A DNA stretch of 63,941 bases, counting the filler, from Octopus bimaculoides (Eukaryota), in assembly GCF_001194135.2 (NCBI RefSeq). It is 5 parts of 5 records of this genome, joined end to end, with 100 filler letters (N's around TTAATTAATTAA, not from the genome) between each part and the next. Parts side by side here need not be neighbours in the genome. Positions count along the whole stretch, not along the records: positions 12,822 to 29,103 come from NC_068999.1; 4 more parts are not named here. One strand, 5' to 3'. Below the pieces are notes generated by a model that was not told the origin of the DNA, ran no database searches, and was given only the letters and a program-made list of their open reading frames with translations. Of this stretch, positions 13,108-27,032 are shown in pieces (positions within the stretch are counted from its first letter, which is position 1; each line of letters opens with the position of its first letter). The translations under genes and the position numbers were made by a program.

Positions 13108-13770
13108 ATACAGATTGTGGTGATGGTGGTATTGGTTGTAGTAGAAGAGATGGTGGCGGTAGTAGTTGTGTTGAAAGTGGTGTTACTTTTGGAAGAGATG
13201 ATTGGTACAGATAATAGTATTGGAGGTAGTGGTAGTGGTGGTGGTTGTATTATGGTTGCTATGGTGATGGGGTGGTTATAATATTGGTGATGGTAGTGGT
13301 GGTATTTATAGTGATGGTTATAGACGTGGCAGTAATAGTATTGGTTGTAGTAGAATTGGTGTTTAAAGTGACGGTGATGGTTGTGATGTAGTAGGTTACG
13401 AGGTGGTGGTGGTGTTGGAAGTAGTAGTGGTGGTAGTGGGGGTAATGGAAGTTACGGTGGTGGTGGTAGTGGCTGTTGTTGTTGTTGTGGTGGTGGTGGC
13501 GGCGGTGGTGGTGGTGGTTTTTGGTTGTGGTAAAACTGACCAAACGTGAGGCGGAAAGTAAATGCTAGTGGCCGCGTCAAAAGGAATTCAGTAAGAAGTA
13601 GGTTCTGTGTGGGAGTTCGAAGTAGTGGCGAAATATATAAGACTGGCTGCGGGGGTTCTACGTGCATATGAAAGATGGCATATGTGAGAGAAAGAGGTAT
13701 TAGAGAGAATAACATATAAATGGATGTCTGAACATGGATGGCTGGTGGAAAGGAAGGCAGCGGCAGCGGT

Positions 13771-13834
<64 letters not shown>

Positions 13835-13855
13835 ATAAGTGGGATAGAAAAAGTT

Positions 13856-13887
<32 letters not shown>

Positions 13888-14000
13888 GCCACCAGCCGTG
13901 TTAACAGTGTTCGTAATCGTCCTGGTGGCACTAACAGTTATAGTGTTGGCAGTAGTGTTGTGTGTATTGGTAATAGTAGTAGTAGTAGTAGTAGTAGCAT
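12822..14000. repeat. Compound/degenerate (AGT/AGC/GGT)n low-complexity tract
   Basis: Seen directly; similar tracts at 21670-22420 (GGT) and 39900-41740 (ACC). Confidence 0.9.
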
Positions 14001-15799
14001 GAATTTTGAGGAATCACCTGATGAAACCACAATAAAAGTCATCTTCTGTTGCCTCCTAGAATTGATTTACAATATTTTTCTATCTTTTCCAATGCTGATT
14101 TCTTCAAAATAATCATTTGCATATGGGGTCGATAAAATAAGTACAATTCAAGTACTAGTTTCCCCACAAATTTCAGGTCTTAAGCCAATAGTAGAAAGGA
14201 TTATTAGAAGTCGGTAAACTGGAAGAATTGCTGGGACACCCGGACAAAATGCTAAGTAGCATTTCTTCCGAACGTTTCTTCCACAGATCTTTATCGATTT
14301 ACTTGTTCACTGATTGTATTTAGTTTCATAATGTCTAACTATTGATCGACAAATATCAGATGTCACCTGACCTGGACGCCTATCACGGGCAATGGAATTG
14401 AATCACGGGCACAGATGGAATTGAACCTAGAGCATTGAAAGTCAGCAAAACACTCATTCATTTAGTAATGTCACTGTTTCTTCTTGAATAATACAATTTT
14501 CCGGCATCTACAAACAGGTCGGTTAAATGGAACCGTGAAGGATGGCTAAGGTCGTGTAAGAACTTCTACTGGTATTTTTTTCATTCTGGTTGTTCTACAT
14601 CCTTTTATATCGCACCTTTCATGCTTTACAATGCTAGCCTTCAAATCATCTCAAAGGCAAAACCTGCAAAAAGCGCCCCAACAATTTTCTTGGAAATAAA
14701 TAAATAAATAAATACCCTTCAACTAATTTCAAGATGATACGCAAAGAAAGCTGCGGCACTTTACAACACCTAGCGGTAATATGGTTTTTATATAAATAAA
14801 TAAAAAGAAGACAACGGAAAAGAATGTAAGACAGATTTAGCGAACAAAAGACCCTATTTTTATTGGAATTCTGTCTTGTATTTTGCTGTTGGGAAAACTA
14901 CAATCCTTTCCCTTTTTGGAAAAAAAAAAAAAGGTGACCCATTTCAAGAAACGGAAAAAATATTTCTTTATACTTCATTTTTTCCATTCTTCTTCATTTG
15001 CTGTCATCGTCATCGTCATCGTCGTTGTTGTTGCTGTAGTTGTTGTTGTTGTTGTTGTTNNNNNNNNNNNNNNNNNNNNNNNNNNNNNNNNNNNNNNNNN
15101 NNNNNNNNNNNNNNNNNNNNNNNNNNNNNNNNNNNNNNNNNNNNNNNNNNNNNNNNNNNNNNNNNNNNNNNNNNNNNNNNNNNNNNNNNNNNNNNNNNNN
15201 NNNNNNNNNNNNNNNNNNNNNNNNNNNNNNNNNNNNNNNNNNNNNNNNNNNNNNNNNNNNNNNNNNNNNNNNNNNNNNNNNNNNNNNNNNNNNNNNNNNN
15301 NNNNNNNNNNNNNNNNNNNNNNNNNNNNNNNNNNNNNNNNNNNNNNNNNNNNNNNNNNNNNNNNNNNNNNNNNNNNNNNNNNNNNNNNNNNNNNNNNNNN
15401 NNNNNNNNNNNNNNNNNNNNNNNNNNNNNNNNNNNNNNNNNNNNNNNNNNNNNNNNNNNNNNNNNNNNNNNNNNNNNNNNNNNNNNNNNNNNNNNNNNNN
15501 NNNNNNNNNNNNNNNNNNNNNNNNNNNNNNNNNNNNAACATGAATTCCTTCAACAAAAATGAGAACAATTTATTTGTTATCAAAAATCTCCCGTAAAAAT
15601 CACAACCACGCCATAGTTTTCATTGAAATCTGTGTAATACCCTTTAGCAATTTTAACTATAAAAATACACTTGTAACAGCACTTGGCCTTGTCCGGATTT
15701 TTTATTACCTCAAATAATGCAACCACGGAATTTGACTATTGCTTAAAATAAATGCGGACAATTTTAATTCAGTTTGAGAACGGCAATTCACTCATAATT

Positions 15800-16425
15800 G
15801 TTAATTCCCATAGAATTCAGAAGGTGCTTCAAGACGCTTCTTAATCAAGGACAGGAAGCATTTACCCCCAAGGATAAGTATTATAAGCTTTTCAAACCAC
15901 ATAACGTCAAGGTGAGCTGCTGCTGCTTAGAGAGCATTGCTTCGAACATTGCATGTTACACCAGACGCGGACATGCAGTAGCAAAGTTCCAACCCTAAAC
16001 TGCAATTTCTGAGGTCCTACTAGCTTCCCTTTACGGGGATACTGCCTCTCAAGGGCTGTAGTTTACAGAGACACCATTACACCATCCAGTGGCGTCACAC
16101 GTTACAATACGAATGATGGCTAATAACTGCGAGGGAAAGTACACACAGCATATGCATTCGCTTATATTCTGGGATAGAAAGAATTTTACCTCTTTGTCTC
16201 GTTACCTCTGGAGACTTCGTGACTACCGGAATGCAAACCTCAACATCGAATGGACCATCACTAACAGTGCTCCACCTTACTCACCTGAAGTCTGCAATTG
16301 CCATTTCTGCCTCCGTGAAAAACTGCATGATCTCCACTGACATGAAGTATTTATCAATAGGAAATATGAACTGTCTTATTGCTGCCATCAGAGGTACACT
16401 CTCCTGGTGTATTTCAAACTAATGG
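15800..16425 (+). mobile_element. Penelope-like element relic, GIY-YIG endonuclease region
   Basis: AVVYRDTIT..KYTQH..TSLSRYLWRLRD..NIEWTITNSAPPYSPEVCNCHFCLREKL..NRKYELSYCCHQRYTLL matches the Penelope C-terminal pattern TxLSkyiWxLk..IxWxI..pY..CxLCLxEK. Confidence 0.75.
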
Positions 16426-16706
16426 TCGTCGACAACTTAGACATACCATTTTAACGCACACAATACCAAACACATGAATATGTATATATGTGCGCCGTGT
16501 GCACGCACGCACACATACACACATGCAAGCTCACGTACATGTTCTTCCAGACAAATATACACACATTCATACGTACGCATATAAATACAGTAATGTACAT
16601 ACATTCACCAATCATCCTTACGAATACAACCATACGTGCATCTTAAACACGCACGCGCCGACACGCGTATGCAGCAAGCACTAACGCACATGTATTCGCT
16701 CACACA

Positions 16707-16757
<51 letters not shown>

Positions 16758-16839
16758 GCGCGTTGTATGTTGAACCAGTAATCTCCATTTTTTCCCCTCT
16801 TAATCATTTCTATCGAAGTGCGTAGCCTCGAAACGTAAT

Positions 16840-17058
16840 AATCCTTCTAAATGTAGACACAAGGCCTCTAATTTTGGGGAGGGAGGGGCTAGCTGGTTTT
16901 ATCGACCCTTGTATTTAGCTGGTACTTTACTGACAACTGCAAGGATGAAAAGTAAATTCAACATCGGCGGAATTTGCTCTCAGAACTTAATGACGGACGA
17001 AAAGCCGCTGACTTTTTTTTATCCGGCGTAGTAACCATTCTGTTAACTTGCCGCCTTG
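16840..17058 (-). mobile_element. Family-1 SINE
   Basis: Family consensus blocks, diverged. Confidence 0.7.
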
Positions 17059-17104
17059 TATTAATAACAATGATAATAATGGTAAAGAAACAAGGAATAA
17101 GGGA

Positions 17105-17690
17105 CAGGAAATAAGCTGTTCATGTTTGATTTAAGGCTTTATAGAAAAGCTAAGAAGCAGCTGGAGTCCTTAGTGTAAACTACGAATATTTAGTAGCGAC
17201 ATTGAGATGATATATGGAATTGAGAGATGCGTTATGTTGAGGATGAAACGAAGGAAATAGATAAAAATGTACTGGAATAGACCCAGGTGAGGGTGGGAAA
17301 ATAAATAATTAAATGTTGGAGAAACACTGGAATAGCTTGGTATATTGGATAGTAATCAAATGAAAAGAGTAGAAAAGAAGAAATTTTTATATTAAAGAAT
17401 ATTTTCTTTGAATGAAGATTTTAAAATCTAAATTGAATGCAAGAAATAATATCATAAAATCAATCAACTTGAGGGCGATATCATTAATAAGGTATGGAAA
17501 AGGGATTATTGAATGGAGGAAGGATAATCTAAGGGATATTGAAAAGGGAAAGGAGAAAGCAGTCCATAAGGTACAGAAGCGTGTGTGTCTCTTGTTGGCT
17601 GATTATATTGGAGAGGGTCAGAAGGAGGAAAAGGGTTAATGAATGTCGAAGTAGTCGTAGAGCTAAAGAAGACAACTGTGAGTTTCCATC
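17105..17690 (+). mobile_element. Degenerate R4/Dong-like LINE reverse transcriptase fragment
   Basis: LFMFDLRLY (decayed LLxMDDLKLY), FSSDIEMIYGIERC, ILKSKLNARNNIIKSINLRAISLIRYGKGIIEW, RLY..GSEGGKGLMNVE; stops and frameshifts present. Confidence 0.8.
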
Positions 17691-17708
17691 TTGGAAAAAG
17701 TTTTTTAA

Positions 17709-17851
17709 AGGCGCAAGCGTGGCTGTGTGGCAAGAAGTTTGCGTCCCAGCCACATGCTTTCGGGTTCAGTCCCACTGCGTGACACCTTGGGCAAGAGTCT
17801 TCTACCGTAGCATTGTGAGTGGATTTGGTTGATGAAAGCTGAAAGAAGCAC

Positions 17852-17855
<4 letters not shown>
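17709..17855 (+). mobile_element. tRNA-derived SINE, family 4 (CORE-like)
   Basis: GCGTGGCTGTGTGG..GGGTTCAGTCCC..ACCTTGGGCAAGAGTCTT; a second copy lies at 36865-37020 (-). Confidence 0.75.
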
Positions 17856-17883
<28 letters not shown>

Positions 17884-18091
17884 NNNNNNNNNNNNNNNNN
17901 NNNNNNNNNNNNNNNNNNNNNNNNNNNNNNNNNNNNNNNNNTATATATAAGCACTGCTTGGAACCGCTGAAATACTCCGGAAGGTGCTCGAAAAATAAGA
18001 GGTGTTACCTTAGTTCACTGGTAGTGAACAACTGTAGTACATCTCCAGCGTTAGAAGCTGTGCAAAGGCAATGATGATGATGATGATGATG

Positions 18092-18153
<62 letters not shown>

Positions 18154-19058
18154 TTATGGGATACGCTACTCTTCAAAAGTTGCAGTGGTTATGCCAACCT
18201 GCCTACAGTGTTCCACAAAATGATCATGAGCTAGTGTTAAATTGACCACTTGGTCATGTAAACAGGTAAAACAGTAAACGCCATGAAAAGTGATGCTAAA
18301 CAGGTAGCACGTGCTCCATACTTTATCGGGACATAACGATGCACACCAGAAGAAAGAGCTGTTCTAAGGCATCCATCTTCTTGACAGAACATTATGCAAA
18401 AATCAATAGGAAAATTCTATCAACGTGTATAGCAACAATATAAGAACGCCCATGAGAGAAAATCGATACCGTGACATTGATTGAATGGAAACGAATGTCC
18501 TAATGCTTATGAGATTCCATCAAGCAAAACCGAACTCGTGGTATTACTCAATGTCTTAAAAAACAAAAACAAAAAAAACTTTTGCCCATGAATGCCATTC
18601 TACCAAACACCATAATTCTTTAAAATTGCTAATAGCAACCATGGCCAAAAAACAAACAAAAACCAAACATAAAAATGAAAAAATGAGAAGCAAATAAGAA
18701 ACAGCTCAAAAAACAAAAGAGGAAAAAAACCCCAAGAAAAAACAAAACAAAACCGAAAACAGTGCAAAACAAAGCAGACGACCCAGTTGCTCTGTGATGG
18801 TTGGATTTCTGAAGACGCGGTCACGTGACCGTGAAACGTCGATAGAATGAATGATGCATCTAGGGAAAAGTTACAGGCAAGTATCCAATAGCAACAACAA
18901 TAAAACATTGAGAAAGCAAATGGCAAATATCAATAAGCAAAATCATTATAAACAGGACAGAGAAGAGCTTCTTTTATATAATTCGGGCCTGAATACCGAA
19001 ACACAGGCTTGTATCTGCGATAGACAATTAATTAGGAACACATACATACATACATACA

Positions 19059-19092
<34 letters not shown>

Positions 19093-19166
19093 CATACATA
19101 TCTGCCTGTCTGCCTTCTGTTTGTCTTTCTCTTTCTCTTTCTGTGTGCTTGGTTGTCCGTCTGTCG

Positions 19167-19231
<65 letters not shown>

Positions 19232-20000
19232 CCTATCTATCTATCTATCTNNNNNNNNNNNNNNNNNNNNNNNNNNNNNNNNNNNNNNNNNNNNNNNNNN
19301 NNNNNNNNNNNNNNNNNNNNNNNNNNNNNNNNNNNNNNNNNNNNNNNNNNNNNNNNNNNNNNNNNNNNNNNNNNNNNNNNNNNNNNNNNNNNNNNNNNNN
19401 NNNNNNNNNNNNNNNNNNNNNNNNNNNNNNNNNNNNNNNNNNNNNNNNNNNNNNNNNNNNNNNNNNNNNNNNNNNNNNNNNNNNNNNNNNNNNNNNNNNN
19501 NNNNNNNNNNNNNNNNNNNNNNNNNNNNNNNNNNNNNNNNNNNNNNNNNNNNNNNNNNNNNNNNNNNNNNNNNNNNNNNNNNNNNNNNNNNNNNNNNNNN
19601 NNNNNNNNNNNNNNNNNNNNNNNNNNNNNNNNNNNNNNNNNNNNNNNNNNNNNNNNNNNNNNNNNNNNNNNNNNNNNNNNNNNNNNNNNNNNNNNNNNNN
19701 NNNNNNNNNNNNNNNNNNNNNNNNNNNNNNNNNNNNNNNNNNNNNNNNNNNNNNNNNNNNNNNNNNNNNNNNNNNNNNNNNNNNNNNNNNNNNNNNNNNN
19801 NNNNNNNNNNNNNNNNNNNNNNNNNNNNNNNNNNNNNNNNNNNNNNNNNNNNNNNNNNNNNNNNNNNNNNNNNNNNNNNNNNNNNNNNNNNNNNNNNNNN
19901 NNNNNNNNNNNNNNNNNNNNNNNNNNNNNNNNNNNNNNNNNNNNNNNNNNNNNNNNNNNNNNNNNNNNNNNNNNNNNNNNNNNNNNNNNNNNNNNNNNNN

Positions 20001-20053
<53 letters not shown>

Positions 20054-20385
20054 GCAAGGCTTGCCCATCGCGCAGCAGCTGACATCTTTTGTTTATTCGG
20101 AACACTCTCACTCCCCTCTTTTCCCCCCTCCCTCTGTTCTGTTCAGATGTGCTTCTTTCCTCCCACCCCGCCTATATTGTCACTCTAAATGTCCTGTTTT
20201 CTCAGCATCTCTCTCTCCCTTTCTCTCTCTCCCTCTCTCTCTCCCTCTCTCTCTCTCACATCATACCTCTCTTTCCGACTCACTCTTTATCTCTCCGTTA
20301 ACTTCCTACTCCGTCTTGCTTTATGCTTTATCGCTCTCTCTCTTTCTTTCGCTCTGCTATCCTACAAGTAGCCTCTCTCTTTCCA

Positions 20386-20435
<50 letters not shown>

Positions 20436-22464
20436 TTATCTATCTATATATATAAACAGCAGTTTGCAATGTTTCATAAAATTGGAGAATTACACGTGCC
20501 TTAACTACAGCATTAGAGCGGTTTATGAAATCTTAATTGTTGATATGATACGGTATGTCATAAGTGTCTGTATATTGTGTTTTTTTGTCAATTTAGTTAT
20601 AAAATAAACAGATTAATCAACGGAATACAGTGTCTGCAAGTTGATGAGTACCTCATATTCCCCTCCATTTTCTTATTGCTATAAGGGACTAATAGACTTG
20701 ACACCGTTCAGAATTCGGTGTATACTCAAAGCAATGAATAGTATTATTACGAAACCGGTATGCTTGTAAATCCCTTTAACAACTCACAATAATGACTTTT
20801 ATTACCTTTATTCCTACCTCAGTTCATTAAATTGTATATATCTATCGTTACTTTTNNNNNNNNNNNNNNNNNNNNNNNNNNNNNNNNNNNNNNNNNNNNN
20901 NNNNNNNNNNNNNNNNNNNNNNNNNNNNNNNNNNNNNNNNNNNNNNNNNNNNNNNNNNNNNNNNNNNNNNNNNNNNNNNNNNNNNNNNNNNNNNNNNNNN
21001 NNNNNNNNNNNNNNNNNNNNNNNNNNNNNNNNNNNNNNNNNNNNNNNNNNNNNNNNNNNNNNNNNNNNNNNNNNNNNNNNNNNNNNNNNNNNNNNNNNNN
21101 NNNNNNNNNNNNNNNNNNNNNNNNNNNNNNNNNNNNNNNNNNNNNNNNNNNNNNNNNNNNNNNNNNNNNNNNNNNNNNNNNNNNNNNNNNNNNNNNNNNN
21201 NNNNNNNNNNNNNNNNNNNNNNNNNNNNNNNNNNNNNNNNNNNNNNNNNNNNNNNNNNNNNNNNNNNNNNNNNNNNNNNNNNNNNNNNNNNNNNNNNNNN
21301 NNNNNNNNNNNNNNNNNNNNNNNNNNNNNNNNNNNNNNNNNNNNNNNNNNNNNNNNNNNNNNNNNNNNNNNNNNNNNNNNNNNNNNNNNNNNNNNNNNNN
21401 NNNNNNNNNNNNNNNNNNNNNNNNNNNNNNNNNNNNNNNNNNNNNNNNNNNNNNNNNNNNNNNNNNNNNNNNNNNNNNNNNNNNNNNNNNNNNNNNNNNN
21501 NNNNNNNNNNNNNNNNNNNNNNNNNNNNNNNNNNNNNNNNNNNNNNNNNNNNNNNNNNNNNNNNNNNNNNNNNNNNNNNNNNNNNNGACATAATCGGTCA
21601 CCATACAGAAGGAAAAACGCAAACTTCAAAATGGCAACAGACAGAACGCGGAAGAATTCTGGCAACCATAAAATGGTTCTGGTTGTTGTGGGTGTAGTGG
21701 TGGTTGTGGGTGATGGTGGTAGTCGATTTCATGATGGTATGGTTGTGGTGGTAATGGTGTCACTGAAAATGCTGGACGCGGTGCCGGTGATAGTTAAGGC
21801 TGTAGTTTGAGGTGGTGTTGGCTTGTTTTATGATCGTTGTGGTGACGGTGTTAGCAACGTATTAGCGATAGTGGTTGTGGAAATGTTGTTGTAGTGATGG
21901 CCATGGTTGTAGTGGTTGTAGTGGTGGTTGTGATAGAGGTTGCGGTGCTAGTGCTCGGGTTGTGGAGGTGTTTGTTGTAGTGGTTGTGGTGATGCTGGTG
22001 AGTATGATGATGGTTGCGTTTGTAGTGGTGATGGTGGTAGTTTGGTGGTAGTTGGTGGTGATGGTGGTGATGGTGGTAGTTTGTGGTGGTGATGGTGCTG
22101 ATGGGGATTGTTGTGGGAATTGTCGTTGTTGTAGTAGTGGTGGTAGTGATGGTAGTAGTGGTGGTGGTGGTGGTGGTGTTATAGTGGTGGTGGTTGTAAT
22201 AGTGGTGATGGTGATGGTGTTGCTGGTTGTGGTGGCGGTAGAGTAGCTGGTGGTTGTAGTAGTGGTGGTGGTGGTGGTAATGGTCGAGGTGGTGGTTGTG
22301 GGGGGAGTGATGTTGATGGCTGTGTTTGTTGCGGCTGTAGTGTTAGTAGTGGTAGTGGTGGTAGTGGTGATGGTGGTGGTGGTGGTAGTAGTGTGGCAGC
22401 GGAACTTTAGCTCCCTACACTTACTCCCATCTACCCACTTCTGTAGGCAATAGCAGAGGTGCGT

Positions 22465-22504
<40 letters not shown>

Positions 22505-23035
22505 ATAATTGTGTATGTGTTCTGCTGATAGTTGTAGCGTTTCGCATACCAGACACCAGGGTGGATAGAAGTGGCGGTGGGTAGAATAAGTTACGCCACC
22601 CGTCCACCCGCTCGCCAATTTCTCTGTCGCGGGTACTGGAAATAAACAAAAGAAAAAATAATATAATAAGCAAATAAAAAAAAATGGAAACAAATGAAGA
22701 ACGAAACAAAGGAAGAACAAACGAAGCAAAGGAAAGACAGAAGGAAAGAAGGAAGAACAGAAAAATGGTAAGCAGCAAGAAGTAAGGAATCTTTAGATTG
22801 GAAACTCGGTTTTGTGTTGGAAATCAGCGAGGCTGAACCAGACGCAGAGAATCCAAGAATTTGTCTTTTGTCTTCTCGCAGAAAACCTTGGAATATTGTA
22901 ACATTGTGAAATTAGATTTCTCAGTTTTGTCTTCCAAAATATTTTCTTTTGTGTTCTACAGACGCAAATTTTTATGTGTGTGTGTGTAAGTGTGTGTGTG
23001 TTTGTGTATGTTTGTATGTGTGTGAGCGTTGATAT

Positions 23036-23082
<47 letters not shown>

Positions 23083-23187
23083 TACACACACGTTTATATA
23101 ATGATAGATCGCACAATATAATATATAAAATATATATGATTTAATATAACATATAACATATAATAAAATATAATATAATATCATATA

Positions 23188-23224
<37 letters not shown>

Positions 23225-23456
23225 TGTGTGTGTGTGTGTAGTTTTTATCTTTTATTTATTTTTTTTGTTGTTGTTATATTTACCTACATTTTGTCCAATT
23301 GCTTTTAGACATCGGCAACGAAAAAAGCAGAAGCGTCTACTGTTTATTAAAGAGAGAGAGAGAGGGGGGAGAGAGAGAGGGAGAGAGAGTTAAAGAGAGA
23401 GAGTAAAAAGAAAGAATGAGTTAGAGACGGAGTGACAGAAAGATTGATAAATAGAG

Positions 23457-23555
<99 letters not shown>

Positions 23556-23747
23556 NNNNNNNNNNNNNNNNNNNNNNNNNNNNNNNNNNNNNNNNNNNNN
23601 NNNNNNNNNNNNNNNNNNNNNNNNNNNNNNNNNNNNNNNNNNNNNNNNNNNNNNNNNNNNNNNNNNNNNNNNNNNNNNNNNNNNNNNNNNNNNNNNNNNN
23701 NNNNNNNNNNNNNNNNNNNNNTGATAATAATAATAATAATAATAATA

Positions 23748-23806
<59 letters not shown>

Positions 23807-23919
23807 TGTACAGAAACAAAGAAGAGAATGAATCAATAAATAATGGGAAGAAAATTGGGTTTATGCGTTTTTGCTGTTGTTGTTGTTGTTGTTGTTGTTG
23901 TCAGGGTTTNNNNNNNNNN

Positions 23920-24600
23920 ATAATTATTATTATTATTATTATTATTATTATTGAGTGAGAGAGCAGTGCATGCGATCAATGTGACACTGGGGTAAAATAT
24001 ACGAAGGCCACTATACCCATCTCATATCAAAATAAACAGCGCTAGACCTTGCAGCTGGGGCCCAGTTAGAAATTTTTTCAGGTTGAGCAGCCCATCCCGT
24101 TCAAAAGATCCCTGATATGGGTTGTTTAAGGATGTTGAACGAAATACCCATGTTTCCATAGGTGAATTATCCAAACCCCAAAGAATTCTTCTGCAAGGTT
24201 GTGTGCTGTTTAGTACGCGACCTTGCATGTAGGGCCCGGTTAAAATTTTCTTCGAGTCGGGTAGCCCATCCCTCTCAAAATGTTCTTGAATAAGGTTTGT
24301 TTAAGAATGTTGAACGAAATACTCATTTTTCCAGAGGTGAATTATTCAAATCCCAAAGAATTCCTCTCAACACATTGCTATGATGCTCCCCCACTACTTC
24401 TGTTCATTAACCAGAGATGCACATATCGTCAGCCACCAAGGGACATNNNNNNNNNNTCATTAACCAGAGATGCACATATCGTCAGCCACCAAGGGACATG
24501 CTCAACTGGTTAAGGTGAAAAAAGTGACAAACAAATCTGTGGTATTGAGCAGGACATGTGCTGTAGCCCGTCCTTTATACTACTTTATGCTTTTACAAAC
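23920..24600 (-). mobile_element. Retroposon 3' fragment with (TAA)n tail and an internal duplication of about 174 bp
   Basis: On the minus strand it ends ..CTGCTCTCTCACTCAATAATAATAAT; direct repeat 24045-24190 vs 24219-24365. Confidence 0.5.
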
Positions 24601-24649
24601 CCTTTTTTGACTAGTGAGATTGATGCCAATAAATGTTCCTCTCAAAGAC

Positions 24650-25210
24650 GACAAGCTGGTAGAATCCTTAGCATGCTGCACGAATTGCTTAGCAGTGTTT
24701 CGTCCTTCTTTACGTTTTCAGTTTGGATTCTATCGAGGTCGATTTCGCCTTTCATCCTTTCGGAATTGATAAAATAAGTATTAGTTGAGTACTGGGGTCG
24801 ATGTAATCAACTTACCCCCTTTCCCGAACATGTCCTTGTGGCAAAATTTGAAATTGATAAATGTTCTTCTCAAAAACTGCAAGCTGGCAGAATCGTTAGC
24901 GCGCCGGGCGAAATGCTTAGTGGTATTTCCTCTGTCTTTATGTTCTGATTTCAAATTCCGCCGAGGTCGACTTTGCCTTTCATCTTTTCGGGGTCGATTA
25001 AATAAGTACAAGTTACGCACTGGGGTCGATATAATCGACTTAATCCGTTTGTCTGTCCTTGTTTGTCCCCTCTCTGTAGCCCCTGGTGGGCAGCAAAGAA
25101 ATAAGAATCGTTAGCATGCCGAAGAGAGTGCTTATCAACATTTCTTTCGGCTCTTCAGGTTCTGGTTTCAAACTCCATCATTGTAGACTTTGTCTTTCAT
25201 CCTTTCACTT
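24650..25210 (+). mobile_element. Three tandem family-1 SINE copies
   Basis: Copies at about 24650-24870, 24882-25105 and 25105-25210. Confidence 0.82.
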
Positions 25211-25692
25211 AAAAATCAGGAGTGGGAAACCTACCTAATTATTGATGGGTTAACTTTTGTGGTGTTGAAACTAGCGCAGCTATAATCGAACAGTTAGACA
25301 GGGAATTTTCAATCGTAATCAGTTAATAAAATGTGCTAACAAGATTTTGGGAGAAACGTACACTTTATTGAATGGGGGGTGGGTGGAGGGAACAGTTGTG
25401 GCGTGAAAACTGAAAAGCAAAGAATGTTGATATAATAAGTAACATACTTAACAGTTGTTTATGAAACGCACACAGACAGACATACAAACTCATGTATACA
25501 GACAAACTTTCGGTGAGTAAATGCGACAGCAAATAGTTGCATAATAAAAACAAGGAAGGAAGGAAGGTAGTCGGTTGAGTAATGGGTTAAACTAGTGGAC
25601 TTATGAGGTTGCTGACAGGAAATATTAATCTACTTCATTGTGAGGTCGAATCACAGGTAAGAAGCAGAGAGGGAATCGATGAAGACTCGCAC

Positions 25693-25737
<45 letters not shown>

Positions 25738-26347
25738 TACACACACGTATGAATGTGTGTGTGTATGTAGATAGGTGCGTATCGAGTTATGCGTTTTGCT
25801 GGTACTAATTAAAGTTGGCCAGCTTACCTGCACGATGTAATAGAAGGATTAACAGCTCATTTAATCGGATTAAATTGGGAAGCAGACATCTGCCTGTCTG
25901 CCTGCCTGTCTGACTGTCTGTCTGTCTGTCTGTCTGCCTGTCTGTCTGAATGACTCGAGCAGAAGTGGCGGTGGTGGTTATGGGCTGTTGGTAATGATGA
26001 TGGTGATGATGGCGGATGTGGTGACACACATAGAAAATACACATACACGCACACATATGTATATATACATACACACACACATACACACACAGTACACACA
26101 CACATACACATATACTCCAATATACACACCCGTTATATATATAGTGAGGGCAACGGTAAAAGTTTGCGCTGAAGGTTGTGTATGAATGAGTGTATGTATG
26201 TCGATAGCAGGGTTGTAGGAGTTTACATTGGGCGGTTAGGGAGAAAAGAAATTAAGGATATGCATGTGTGTATCCATCCATCCATCCATCCATCCATCCA
26301 TACATACATACATACATCCTTACATACATACACACACACACACACAT

Positions 26348-26417
<70 letters not shown>

Positions 26418-26993
26418 GTNNNNNNNNNNNNNNNNNNNNNNNNNNNNNNNNNNNNNNNNNNNNNNNNNNNNNNNNNNNNNNNNNNNNNNNNNNNNNNNNN
26501 NNNNNNNNNNNNNNNNNNNNNNNNNNNNNNNNNNNNNNNNNNNNNNNNNNNNNNNNNNNNNNNNNNNNNNNNNNNNNNNNNNNNNNNNNNNNNNNNNNNN
26601 NTATATATATATATATATATATGCATATGTGGGCACAGGACGTCATGAAACGTTTACAACGAAAAAGTGCGAAGCGCGAGTACATGGAACATGAACGATT
26701 CTTTCGAACAATGAAAGACAAAAATATATATGTGTACATACGTACATACATACATGCATACGTGTGTGTGGTGTATGTATATTCGCAACGTATAGAGAAG
26801 TTACAAAGTGAACACCTACATTCAGATTTGAAGGAGAAACGTCTACAAGTAATATAATGTATAAGTTTTCTAAAGTTTGGTTCCTTTGTGGAGAAATCTC
26901 AAATATATTAGCATTTTTTGGAAGCAGGCCCATGATGTGTTATAATTGAAACCAATGACAGGGTAAATATATGCACATACATACAAGCGCACG

Positions 26994-27032
<39 letters not shown>

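Noticed and set aside
21862-22506. 214-aa Thr/Pro-rich, mucin-like ORF (similar ones at 13259-13931 and 39856-41788)
   Set aside because: Degenerate (ACC/GGT)n low-complexity DNA open in several frames, with no splice or domain support.
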